DNA from: an uncultured delta proteobacterium
GTDB lineage: Bacteria > Desulfobacterota > Binatia > UBA9968
NCBI GenBank assembly: GCA_963745035.1
Contig: CAVUVW010000013.1
Location: 1,856,001 to 1,920,000, forward strand
Length of the DNA: 64,000 bases
Reading direction: 5' to 3'
Positions 48,823-58,088 of the stretch are shown piece by piece. The notes beneath the pieces are model-generated. The model had not been told where the DNA came from, did no database searches, and worked only from the letters and a program-made list of their open reading frames with translations. The position numbers and the translations under genes are program-made. The stretch's first letter is position 1. The number at the start of each line of letters is the position of its first letter.

Positions 48823-49819
48823 ATGATTCAACATAAATTCTTTCAGAGAGTTACTCTTATCTTAATTCTCGTTATATCGCTTTTCCTCATATCCCCGATC
48901 CACGCTCAAAGCCTCAAAAAAGTGCGCATGGGAAGCTCCTCGACCAACGTCTCTTTCCTGGCGCTCTACACGGCCTTTCACCGCGGCTTTTTCAAGGACG
49001 AGGGCATCGACCTGGAGATCATCTACATGCCCGCCAATCTCGCCAGCACCGCGGTATTGAACGGCGACGTGGACTATAACGGCGCGGTCACCGGAACCAT
49101 CGGCGCGGCCGTGCGCGGCCAGCCGATGAAAGTTCTGCTCTTTACCGTTGCAAAACCACTGCTTTTCCTGGTCAGTAAAAAAGACATCAAAGACATGAAA
49201 CAACTGCAGGGGAAAGAAAGTCGCGGGCAGCTCGCCCGGCGGGTCGGCCACACTGATTGCCGACAAAGTGCTGAAGCACTATGGCTTGGACCCGGCAAAG
49301 GATGTCTCGCTCTTGCCCATGGGCGGCGCCGCGGCGAGCCGTTACGCGGTGCTCGAAACCGGCGTTGTTGATGCGTCGTTTCTATCCGTGCCGGAAAACA
49401 TCATCGCCCTCGAAAAGGGCTTCAATGAGCTGGTCTTCGCGGGAGATGTTGTCGAGTTTCCGCAGAACGGCTTCGGCACATCCGAGAAGAAACTCAAGGA
49501 GAATCCGGATGAGGTTTATCGCATGGTGCGCGCGACTCTGCGCGGCTTGCAGTTTGTCTGGGATCCCAACAATCGCGACGCCGTGACCAACGTCATGATG
49601 AAGCAGTGGCGGGTGAATGATCGCAAGATGGCCGGGGAAATGTCGCGCCACGTAAATCGCGTGCTCACCAGGGACGCCTACGTAAAACCGGAATCGGTCC
49701 AGGTGCTCGTCGACCTCGCGCGCGAAAGCGCCAAGGTGACCAGGCCGGTCAGCGCCATGGATGTCGTCGACTACAGTTTCTTGGATAAGGCGAGGAAAGA
49801 GTTGGGAATGGTTCGATAG
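48823..49819 (+). CDS. NMT1/THI5-like ABC substrate-binding protein, one extra G near 49209
   Basis: Signal peptide, GFFKDEGIDLE, L.GKK after repair, VDYSFL. Confidence 0.8.
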
Positions 49820-49827
49820 TTCGGTGT

Positions 49828-50871
49828 TTAAAGCAGCGGATCGATAATGACTTTGATCGAATCCTGCCCGCTGGCGGTGAGCTGAAATCCCAACTCCGCC
49901 TGTGACAGCGGCAGCCTGTGGGTGACCATCTCGCCCACATTCACTTTGCGATCACGAATCAGTTCCAGCGATTCTCTCAAATCGTCGCCGCTGCCGGCGT
50001 AAGAAGTGATCACCGAAATTTCATCGCGCCAATAATCGAACAGCGGAATCGGCACATCGACGCCGGCCGCCGTCGGCGCGAAGAATAGCAAGGTGCCGCC
50101 GCGGTCGACCGACTTGGTCGCTTGCTGAATCGCCGGCATTGCTCCGGTGCAAACGATCACGACGTCCGCTGGTCGCCCTTTATTGAGATCGCGCACGCGC
50201 GCCGGCACATCCTCCGAGCCGTGCAGGGTCGCATGCGCGCCGAATCGAGCCGCCGCCTTCAGACGAAATTCGCTGATGTCGGTGGCGATGATGCGCGCCG
50301 CGCCCCGGGCGCGAGCAAGCTGAATGTGCAGCAAACCGGATATCCCGCTGCCGACTACAAGCACCGTTTGCCCAGGGCCGAGACCGGCAAAACGCTGCGC
50401 TCGGACTACGCAGGCGAGTGGCTCGATGAAGGAGCCTTCATCGAAGGTCACCGTATCAGGGATGCGCAAGGTCCCAAGCTCGACGTTAATCTTCGGCACG
50501 CGGATATACTCGGCAAATCCTCCGGGATCGAAGTGCGTCGTGCGCAGCAGATCGCATACAGACTGGTGCCCTTCCAGGCAGTAGCGGCACTTACCGCAAG
50601 GGACATGATGCGAGGAAAACACCCGATCGCCCACTTTGAATCCCTCAACCCCGTTCCCCACCACGACCACTTCACCCGTAATCTCATGGCCCAAAACAAG
50701 CGGCGCCTTTTTTATCCGGTACCACTCCATCAGATCGCTGCCGCAGATGCCGCTCGCGCGGGTGCGAATGAGTAGCTCTCCGGATCCGATACGCGGCACG
50801 GGCAGCTCTTCGAGCCGCACGTCACGATTATTGTAGTACATCGCCACGCGCATCTTTGCTTGGTCTTCCAT
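49828..50871 (-). CDS. Zinc-dependent dehydrogenase (iditol/threonine dehydrogenase-like)
   Basis: GICGSD, GHE, CGKCRYC..C, EPLAC, GSGISG. Confidence 0.9.
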   Translation of the reverse strand: MEDQAKMRVAMYYNNRDVRLEELPVPRIGSGELLIRTRASGICGSDLMEWYRIKKAPLVLGHEITGEVVVVGNGVEGFKVGDRVFSSHHVPCGKCRYCLEGHQSVCDLLRTTHFDPGGFAEYIRVPKINVELGTLRIPDTVTFDEGSFIEPLACVVRAQRFAGLGPGQTVLVVGSGISGLLHIQLARARGAARIIATDISEFRLKAAARFGAHATLHGSEDVPARVRDLNKGRPADVVIVCTGAMPAIQQATKSVDRGGTLLFFAPTAAGVDVPIPLFDYWRDEISVITSYAGSGDDLRESLELIRDRKVNVGEMVTHRLPLSQAELGFQLTASGQDSIKVIIDPLL

Positions 50872-50898
50872 CGCCGGGAATTGAACCTGAGAGCTTTC

Positions 50899-50932
50899 GC
50901 CGTAGAGAGCAGGTGTTCCCGTTCTCTACGGC
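50899..50932. repeat. GTAG-type hairpin between lsrF and the dehydrogenase
   Basis: gccgtagaga-N14-tctctacggc, no T-tract. Confidence 0.5.
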
Positions 50933-50953
50933 TCCTTGCGCTATGAAAAGATA

Positions 50954-51757
50954 CTAGCTGGCCTTCCGCGCCTTGGAGTTCTTTTCGCTTTCGTAGATCT
51001 TGAAGGCCTCTTTCACAGAGACATTCTCATGCACGATCGCGCGCACCGCTTTGATCATGCCTACCGGTGAATCGGACTGGAAAATATTGCGGCCCATGTC
51101 TACGCCGACGGCGCCGCCCTTCACCGAGTTGTACGTCAATTCGAGGGCCTCCATTTCAGGAGTCTTTTTGCCGCCGGCAACGATCACCGGAATCGGGCAG
51201 CTCTCGATGAGCTGTTCGAAGTCTTCGCAATAGTAGGTCTTGACGATATGCGCTCCCATTTCAGCGGCGATGCGGCAGGACAGTCCGAGATAGCGCACGT
51301 CGCGCGCCATGTCTTTGCCTACGGCGGTTACGGCAAGCACGGGAATGCCGTATTTCTCGCCCTCATCGACGAGCTTCGCCAGGCTGACCAGAGTTTCTTT
51401 TTCGAACTCGGAGCCGACAAAGATCGACAGCGCCATGGCGGAAACGTTGAGACGAATGCAATCATCGATGGACACCGTGATGTCTTCGTTGGAAAGCTCC
51501 TTGAGAATGCTGGTGCCGCCCGAGACGCGAAGCACGACCGGTTTGTCGGCCTTGGCATCCACCGATGTTCGCAACACCCCGCGCGTGAGCATGATCGAAT
51601 CCGCATGCGGTATTAAGGGCTCGATGGTTTTTCGCGGCTCCTCCAGCCCGCTCGTGGGGCCGAGAAAGTAGCCGTGATCCACCGCCAGCATGACCGCACG
51701 GCCGTCGGACTTGATGATTCGCGCCAGCCGATTTGCCATTCCCCAATTCATGGACAT
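50954..51757 (-). CDS. lsrF: LsrF-type class I aldolase/thiolase
   Basis: WGM.NRL, MLA.DHGYF.GPT.GLE, VKTYY, VAGGKK, DMGRNIFQ. Confidence 0.9.
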   Translation of the reverse strand: MSMNWGMANRLARIIKSDGRAVMLAVDHGYFLGPTSGLEEPRKTIEPLIPHADSIMLTRGVLRTSVDAKADKPVVLRVSGGTSILKELSNEDITVSIDDCIRLNVSAMALSIFVGSEFEKETLVSLAKLVDEGEKYGIPVLAVTAVGKDMARDVRYLGLSCRIAAEMGAHIVKTYYCEDFEQLIESCPIPVIVAGGKKTPEMEALELTYNSVKGGAVGVDMGRNIFQSDSPVGMIKAVRAIVHENVSVKEAFKIYESEKNSKARKAS

Positions 51758-51896
51758 ATTGGACCTCCTCAATTGTAAGTCGAATTTCGTGAGAAGTTAT
51801 CAAAAATCCTGTCGATTGTTAACCTACACAAGGGGAAATGAAAGAACGCTGCGGCAATGCCGCATTGCCGCGTCGAAGAAGCATGGATGGGAAGAT

Positions 51897-52778
51897 TTAC
51901 GAAAAGCCGCGCGCCGGCGCCGCCGGCTTGTTCAGCAAGAGCCAAACGTATCTCGCGCCAAGGCCGGCGACAATCATGGCGCTGCCGATGAGGGTCGCGC
52001 TCGAGGGAATCTCGTCAACCGCCAAAGCAACCCAGATCGGATTGAGCACCGGCTCGATCAAAGCGATCAGCGAAGCTTCCTGCAAAGAAACGCTCTGCAA
52101 TCCCTTGGAAAAAAGAAAATAGGGCAAACCGAGCTGCACCGATCCCATGACCGCAAGAATAACGAGCTGCGGCAAGGTGAGCTCCAGATCCGAGCTCACG
52201 ACGAGTAAAAGCGCCAGTGCGCAGAATGCGTTGTTGATCCAGGTGAGATAAATCGGATGCACCTCGCGGGTTCGTCGCAGATTGATCATGTAAGCGGCAA
52301 ACAGCGCGCCGCTAAAAAGCGCCAGCGCGACGCCCGCCATTTCCGGTTCTCCGACGCTGTCGAAGGAAATCACCGTCACTCCGGCCATTCCCGCCGCAAG
52401 GGTGAGCCAATTGAGCCGCGTGATATTTTCGCCCAGCGCCATCCGCGAAAAGAGAAACACGAAGATCGGCGCCGTATACTGGAGCACGATGGCGTTGGCC
52501 GCGCTGGTCAGCTTGTTGGCGGCAACGAACGCGCTGATCGCCGCCGTGTAGGTCAGCACCGAGACGAGCACCGGTCCGTTGATGCGCCATTCGGCGCGGC
52601 GCACAAAGGGAGTGAAAACCAGGAACGCAAACAGGCTCCGGTAAAATACGATCGTGAGCGGCGGCACGTCGAGAAACTTGATGAATACGCCGGCGAGGCT
52701 CCACAGGCAGGCAGCCGCGAGGATCAACATCCGGCCGCGGGTGATACTTTGCTGCGGGAGATCGGCAGGTTCTAGCAT
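51897..52778 (-). CDS. DMT/EamA family transporter
   Basis: WS.AG..IK, ANAI.LQYTAP, EPVLNP.W; 10 TM segments. Confidence 0.88.
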   Translation of the reverse strand: MLEPADLPQQSITRGRMLILAAACLWSLAGVFIKFLDVPPLTIVFYRSLFAFLVFTPFVRRAEWRINGPVLVSVLTYTAAISAFVAANKLTSAANAIVLQYTAPIFVFLFSRMALGENITRLNWLTLAAGMAGVTVISFDSVGEPEMAGVALALFSGALFAAYMINLRRTREVHPIYLTWINNAFCALALLLVVSSDLELTLPQLVILAVMGSVQLGLPYFLFSKGLQSVSLQEASLIALIEPVLNPIWVALAVDEIPSSATLIGSAMIVAGLGARYVWLLLNKPAAPARGFS

Positions 52779-52881
52779 TCGCCCGGCTCCACGCGCGGCG
52801 GGGAGGGCGCGGAGCAACCCGCCTGCTGAACCGGCGCGTGCAGTGAAATCTCGTCGCTCCGCCGCTTGCGGCAAGGCGCAT

Positions 52882-52920
52882 AAAGAAAAAATGGGATGAG
52901 AGCATTTGCCCTCATCCCAT
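52882..52920 (-). terminator. Rho-independent terminator after rplI
   Basis: ATGGGATGAG..CTCATCCCAT stem followed by TTTTTCTTT on the minus strand. Confidence 0.85.
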
Positions 52921-52946
52921 TCGAGGCTCTGATTGCGGCAAAAATC

Positions 52947-53393
52947 TTAGCTCTCGGAGACCACCGAGACTTTAAGCGGCACGGTAAGATCGGCGGAGAG
53001 CCGCACCGGCACTTCATGTTCTCCGGCGGTCTTGATGGGCTCGTTCAGATGAATCTTGCGGCGGTCCACGTCAATGCCTTTTGCCTTGAGCGCCTTTTCG
53101 ATCTGGATGTTCGTCACCGACCCGAAGAGCCGGCCCTCTTCGCCGACCTTCATTGGGATCGTCAGCGCTACGCCGTTCAACTGCTCGGCGACCGATTGCG
53201 CCTGACGCAGAAATTTCTGCTTTTGATCCCCGACAACTTTCTTGTGGTGCTCGTAGGTCCTGAGATTTTTCTTGTTGGCGAGCAGCACGAGCCCGCGCGG
53301 GAGCAAGTAATTGCGCGCGTAACCATCGCGCACGCGCACGACTTCGCCGATTTTGCCAAGGTTGGCGATGTCTTCCTTCAATATAACTTCCAT
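52947..53393 (-). CDS. rplI: 50S ribosomal protein L9
   Basis: MEVIL..LG..G..V.V..GYARNYLLP, LFGSVT. Confidence 0.97.
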   Translation of the reverse strand: MEVILKEDIANLGKIGEVVRVRDGYARNYLLPRGLVLLANKKNLRTYEHHKKVVGDQKQKFLRQAQSVAEQLNGVALTIPMKVGEEGRLFGSVTNIQIEKALKAKGIDVDRRKIHLNEPIKTAGEHEVPVRLSADLTVPLKVSVVSES

Positions 53394-53403
53394 CATGCCT
53401 CCG

Positions 53404-54357
53404 CTACGCCGCCTGGCTCGGCGTGAGCTTGTCCTTGCCCAAGCGGCGAAAATCGCCCCATAGGTCGAACAGACCCAGGCCGACCACCAGCAGCGTAAAT
53501 ATTTGCTGAAAGATGATCAACACGTACGTGAGCCCGCGCAAAAAACGCGGCACGTTGTTCTTGTTGAAAAAGTAAGCGATCACCGCCAATCCCTGAGCAA
53601 AGTAGCAGGCGCCGATCACCACTAGGAGGTTCAGCGCCACCGCGCCGAGCAATCCCGCGCCCGGCAGGAACAAGACGAACCCGCAGGCAATCAGCCCCCA
53701 GACCAGCGGCTCAGGGGTCTTCCATTCGCGCAGATTGGGCAGCGAAAACCACTCGCCGCGCCGCTCCGGAAAGCGCCGCCCGAGGTAGAGAATATTAATC
53801 AGCACGATGAACGCGAAGCTCAACAGGAGCAGCGCCGGTAAAAGCCGCAGCATCATTTCGACGATTTGCGGCGCCTGATCCTTGAGCATGGACACGCTGT
53901 CCGCCGGCAATCCCATCTTCTCCTGCAGCCGTACCGCGGAGTCGAGCTGCTGGGTCATGCCCGCCCGCAAATCTTGAAACATCGACGCCCACGATCCGAA
54001 AAAGTAATACGAGAGTCCGGCGGTAACCGACAGCATGACGGCGGCGGCGGCGCCTACCAGATACTCCACCGCTCGGATGCGTCCCAGCAAGCCGAGCAAC
54101 AAACCCGCCATCACGGCGAATACGCCGTAGATGAAGGCCAGCTCTTGGGCGGCAAAAACAAAAAGCAGCAAGAATGCGGCGGCGAGCACGCCGAGGCCGG
54201 CAGCGATCCCATACTTGAAGCCGAACAGCAGCACGGGTTGGGGCACGAACGGCAGGAGAACGACGCCCAACGGCGGCAGGCTCACACCGCTCATGAACAG
54301 AAAAACGCTCGAAGCCAAAGCCAAAAAAAACTTGCTCGTGACTTCCACCCGCTGCAT
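53404..54357 (-). CDS. DUF2232/YybS membrane protein
   Basis: Polytopic membrane protein, QGLA and GLFD.W.DFR, in the usual position between rpsR and rplI. Confidence 0.85.
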   Translation of the reverse strand: MQRVEVTSKFFLALASSVFLFMSGVSLPPLGVVLLPFVPQPVLLFGFKYGIAAGLGVLAAAFLLLFVFAAQELAFIYGVFAVMAGLLLGLLGRIRAVEYLVGAAAAVMLSVTAGLSYYFFGSWASMFQDLRAGMTQQLDSAVRLQEKMGLPADSVSMLKDQAPQIVEMMLRLLPALLLLSFAFIVLINILYLGRRFPERRGEWFSLPNLREWKTPEPLVWGLIACGFVLFLPGAGLLGAVALNLLVVIGACYFAQGLAVIAYFFNKNNVPRFLRGLTYVLIIFQQIFTLLVVGLGLFDLWGDFRRLGKDKLTPSQAA

Positions 54358-54380
54358 GAGAATGGACCCGGCGAAAAGCG

Positions 54381-54674
54381 CTAGTTCTTGGCGGTGGTGA
54401 ACGGCAGCAGCGCCACGCTGCGCGCCCGCTTAATGGCGACGGTGAGCAACCGTTGGTGCCCGGCGCAGTTTCCCGTGATCCGGCTCGGCGTCATCTTGCC
54501 CCGTTCGGTGACGAACTGAGTTATCATCCGCAAGTCTTTGTAATCAATCCGCAGCGTTTTGTCGGCGCAAAAACGGCACACCTTGCGCCGAAACATCGGC
54601 CGGCGGCGTGGCCCCCCCTTGTCCTCGTCCGATCTTTCCCGCGGAGGCCTCGGGCCTCGTTCCATCTGTGCCAT
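54381..54674 (-). CDS. rpsR: 30S ribosomal protein S18 (Zn-binding form)
   Basis: CRFC, IDYKD, RITG.C..HQR, AIKRAR..ALLP. Confidence 0.97.
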   Translation of the reverse strand: MAQMERGPRPPRERSDEDKGGPRRRPMFRRKVCRFCADKTLRIDYKDLRMITQFVTERGKMTPSRITGNCAGHQRLLTVAIKRARSVALLPFTTAKN

Positions 54675-54773
54675 CGATTGCTCTACCTCTTATTTCAATT
54701 CCAAGTGTGCCTGTAATAATCTTTTAGTAATCTTTACTTTGCAGTTTTACCGACACGATGCGGCCCGCTCCGC

Positions 54774-55154
54774 TTACGCCGTAGGTTCGACCTTTGCGCC
54801 TTCTCGTTCGCCGGAATGGCGCGGCTCTTCGCCATGCGGCCGGGGCGCCGCGGGATTGGTGATCGCGCTCTCGTCCTCGCAGCGCACGGTCAAATAGCGC
54901 AAGATACCGTCGGTCAACTTGAGGTTACGCTCCAGCTCCTCCACGGCCCGTCCCGTCGCCCGGTAACGGAGCAGCGTGTAATGGCCTCTACCCTGCTTTT
55001 CGATCTTGTAAGCGAGGTCGCGCATGCCCCATTCATCGACTTGGGACATCGTACCTTCTTGGCCTTCGATCACTTTTTTAAATCTCTCGATAAATTCCTT
55101 TATTCGCGGCGCCTTTTCCGGGTGAACCACGAACAGGGTTTCGTATAGAGTCAC
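54774..55154 (-). CDS. rpsF: 30S ribosomal protein S6
   Basis: YET.F, WG.R.LAY.I.K, ILRYL; GTG start after GGAGG. Confidence 0.95.
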   Translation of the reverse strand: MTLYETLFVVHPEKAPRIKEFIERFKKVIEGQEGTMSQVDEWGMRDLAYKIEKQGRGHYTLLRYRATGRAVEELERNLKLTDGILRYLTVRCEDESAITNPAAPRPHGEEPRHSGEREGAKVEPTA

Positions 55155-55184
55155 GGCCTGATTACCCTCCACAATAAGTTTTCC

Positions 55185-55213
55185 TGTCTAACATAGCCCC
55201 TGCGGGTTTACAA
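55185..55213 (-). promoter_or_regulatory. Putative sigma70-type promoter of rpsF
   Basis: TTGTAA-N17-TAGACA preceded by CTATGT. Confidence 0.45.
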
Positions 55214-55214
55214 T

Positions 55215-55787
55215 TCATGCCCGGTTGTAGATCGCCATGGTCCGATCGACGCCATCGCGCAACAGGCAACCGATGGAATCGGCGGCGCGCGCGATGATAT
55301 CGCTTAGCTGCTCGAGCTCTGGAGCGGTGAATGCTTCGAGAACGTAGTCCGTCGCCTCGCACCCTTCAGGCGGCCGGCCTATGCCCACGCGCACGCGCAG
55401 AAATTGCGCGCCCGCCAACTCCTCGCTGATCGAGCTCAAGCCGCGATGTCCGCCGGCGCTACCGCTCGGACGCACGCGAATGCGGCCGAAGGGCAAATCC
55501 AGATCATCGTTGATCACCACCAGATCATCGGTCGCAATGGCGCATGCGCGCAGCAGAGCTCCAACCGCTTGACCACTCCGGTTCATGTAGGTTTGCGGCT
55601 TGGCGAGCATCACACTTTCGCCCTCGATCGTTCCTTCGCCCACCAAGGCATCGCAAAGTCTTTGCCCGAGCGCAATGCGGTTTTGCGCTGCGAGCCGATC
55701 AATGACGAGGAACCCTAAATTATGACGCGTCGGCTCATATCGCGCCCCAGGATTGCCCAGGCCAACGATCAATTTCACCGCTGACAA
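55215..55787 (-). CDS. pth: Peptidyl-tRNA hydrolase
   Basis: GLGNPG..Y..TRHN, KPQTYMN.SG, DDLD, GGH.G. Confidence 0.96.
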   Translation of the reverse strand: MSAVKLIVGLGNPGARYEPTRHNLGFLVIDRLAAQNRIALGQRLCDALVGEGTIEGESVMLAKPQTYMNRSGQAVGALLRACAIATDDLVVINDDLDLPFGRIRVRPSGSAGGHRGLSSISEELAGAQFLRVRVGIGRPPEGCEATDYVLEAFTAPELEQLSDIIARAADSIGCLLRDGVDRTMAIYNRA

Positions 55788-55804
55788 ACCGCCAAGTCAC
55801 CCGA

Positions 55805-56458
55805 TTACGACTCTTTTTCCTTGGTCGCTTCGGCCGGCGCTGCCGCAGGCGCCGCTACCGCTCCTTCGACCGGCTCTGGCGCGGCGGGGGCTTCCTCAAC
55901 CGTCGGCGGCACCACCGCTACCAAGGCCTGATCGGCCTCGGAAACCGCGGTCACGCCCGCGGGCATGGTCAATTCTTCGATATGCACGGAATCGCCGATA
56001 TCGAGCGCGCTCACGTCCACATTGAAAAACTCCGGAATGTCGAGAGGCAGACATTCCACTTCGATCTCTCGGACAATCGGCTGGAGAATGCCGCCGCGCA
56101 CAACTCCGGCCGCCTTACCGATGAAGTGAAGCGGCACACGAACTGTGATTTTGGCGGTGAGATCGACCTCGTAGAGGTCGGCATGAATCACGCCGCCGCT
56201 GATCGGGTGATACTGCATTTCCTTCACCAGCGCGACCTTCTCAGCCAAGCTCGGCGCTGCCGATTTCAAGCGCACCAAGTGAGAGCCCTCCAGGCCGGCA
56301 ACGCGGCTCGTGAACTCGCGCTGATCCAACGCCAAGGCTACCGCTTCGGTTTTGGGGCCGTAAAGCACGGCGGGGATCTTGCCGCTGCGCAGCAGTCGCT
56401 TGGCGTCGCGTTTGCGCTGCTTGTCGCGCGCGTCCACTCGTATTTCTAGCGTTTCCAA
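55805..56458 (-). CDS. rplY: 50S ribosomal protein L25/Ctc
   Basis: R.G.IPAVLYG, Q.HP....HAD, GV..GG. Confidence 0.95.
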   Translation of the reverse strand: METLEIRVDARDKQRKRDAKRLLRSGKIPAVLYGPKTEAVALALDQREFTSRVAGLEGSHLVRLKSAAPSLAEKVALVKEMQYHPISGGVIHADLYEVDLTAKITVRVPLHFIGKAAGVVRGGILQPIVREIEVECLPLDIPEFFNVDVSALDIGDSVHIEELTMPAGVTAVSEADQALVAVVPPTVEEAPAAPEPVEGAVAAPAAAPAEATKEKES

Positions 56459-56477
56459 GGAACACTACCTCCTGGTC

Positions 56478-57419
56478 TTAGACGAATAATGAGCTGATGG
56501 ATTCTTCTTCATGGGTGCGGCGAATCGCTTCGCCGATCAAATGCGCCACCGACAACGTTCGAATCTTCCGGCAACCCTGCGCCCGCGGCCCGAGCGGAAT
56601 CGTGTTCGTCACGATCAGCTCTTCGAGCGGGCATTCTTCGATGCGCTCGATGGCAGGGCCGGAAAGCACCGCGTGGGTGCAGCAGCCGAGAATGCGCGAC
56701 GCGCCTTCCTTTTTGAGCGCCTCCGCAGCCAACGTCAAGGTTCCGGCGGTATCGACCATATCGTCGATGAGAATGGCGATGCGCTCCTGCACGTCGCCGA
56801 TGATGTTCATTTCGGCGACCACGTTGGGGCCCGCTCGCCGTTTATCGATAATCGCGAGAGAAGCATCCAGCCGCGTAGCGATGGCGCGCGCGCGCTCCAC
56901 GCCGCCGGCGTCCGGTGAGACGATGGCAACCTCGTTATGGTCTAGTTGCTTCTTCAAGTATTCCAGCAGGACCGGAGTGGCGTACACGTTATCGACGGGA
57001 ATGTCGAAAAATCCCTGAATCTGTCCCGAATGAAGGTCCATGGTGAGCATGCGCGACGCGCCGGCGGTGGTAATCAAGTCGGCGACCAGCTTGGCGCTGA
57101 TCGGCACCCGCGGGACGACCTTTCGATCCTGGCGAGCATAGCCGTAGTACGGAATGACCGCCGTGATGCGCATCGCCGAGGCGCGCTTGAACGCGTCGAG
57201 CATGAGCAAAAGCTCCATAAGATTGTTGTTTCCGGGCGCCGACGTCGATTGCAGCACAAACACGTCCGCGCCCCGGACATTTTCTTTGATCTCGACCTTG
57301 CTCTCGCCGTCGCTGAAGGTTTCCACCACAGCCTTGCCCAACGGCAGCTTGAGATATTGGCTGATTGCCGCGGCCAAAGGCGGATTGGAATTGCCGGCAA
57401 ATATTTTTAATTCGGCCAT
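56478..57419 (-). CDS. prs: Ribose-phosphate pyrophosphokinase
   Basis: FSDGE, PYYGYARQDRK, DLH, SPDAGG, DDMVDTAGT. Confidence 0.97.
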   Translation of the reverse strand: MAELKIFAGNSNPPLAAAISQYLKLPLGKAVVETFSDGESKVEIKENVRGADVFVLQSTSAPGNNNLMELLLMLDAFKRASAMRITAVIPYYGYARQDRKVVPRVPISAKLVADLITTAGASRMLTMDLHSGQIQGFFDIPVDNVYATPVLLEYLKKQLDHNEVAIVSPDAGGVERARAIATRLDASLAIIDKRRAGPNVVAEMNIIGDVQERIAILIDDMVDTAGTLTLAAEALKKEGASRILGCCTHAVLSGPAIERIEECPLEELIVTNTIPLGPRAQGCRKIRTLSVAHLIGEAIRRTHEEESISSLFV

Positions 57420-57608
57420 CGGTTGGTAGCCTTGTTGCTTTTGCCTAAGTCGTAACCCGTTCAAGCACGTATACTCGGCGACAGCTTCTATCTACCCGCG
57501 CTCAACCGCTCCTGTCAATGTCACGCAAACGACGAGCGCCGTTCGACCCAGAACGGCGCTGTTCGGAACCATCAAATTGTATTTTCGCCAGCTCACCGAT
57601 TAGGGAAC

Positions 57609-57682
57609 TGGCTGGGCGGGAAGGATTCGAACCTTCGATACCGGATCCAAAGTCCGGGGCCTTACCGCTTGGCGACCGCCCA
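57609..57682 (-). tRNA. tRNA-Gln(TTG)
   Basis: Cloverleaf TGGGCGG..CCGGA-CTTTGGA-TCCGG..GGTTCGAATCC..GCCA; conserved position upstream of prs. Confidence 0.95.
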
Positions 57683-57731
57683 TCCTCGGGCTTCTCGTCG
57701 AGAAGCTCGCCCGGCCGCGCGGAATTTCGCT

Positions 57732-58019
57732 TCAGTCGTCGTCGAGTCCTTTTGCGCTTCCGCCCTCGGCCAGAACCTTTTGATATTCCGCGATGATTTT
57801 CTCCTCGATCATCCTGCGCGTCTCATTGTTGATCGGATGAGCGATGTCCTTATAGGTTCCGTCCTTGCGTTTCTTGCTGGGCATCGAAACAAAGTACCCA
57901 GTGGCGCCATGGATAATTTTCAAGTCCCGGATCACGAAACAGTGATCGAGGGTAATCGTGACATAAGCTCTTAGTTTATCTTCATCGACAGGAAAGACCC
58001 TAACCTCGGTAACCTGCAT
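57732..58019 (-). CDS. spoVG: SpoVG family nucleic-acid-binding protein
   Basis: TEVR, IT.D..F....K, FV.MPS, DIAHPIN..TR. Confidence 0.95.
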   Translation of the reverse strand: MQVTEVRVFPVDEDKLRAYVTITLDHCFVIRDLKIIHGATGYFVSMPSKKRKDGTYKDIAHPINNETRRMIEEKIIAEYQKVLAEGGSAKGLDDD

Positions 58020-58088
58020 AGGGACCCCCACTTGTGAGACGAGCGAGCTGCTTTGCTGACGGTTACTATAGGCTTTTTCGTTTCAGTC

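Noticed and set aside
55155-55184. S6:S18 autoregulatory leader
   Set aside because: Plausible position, but the leader is short and I could not show the conserved stem.
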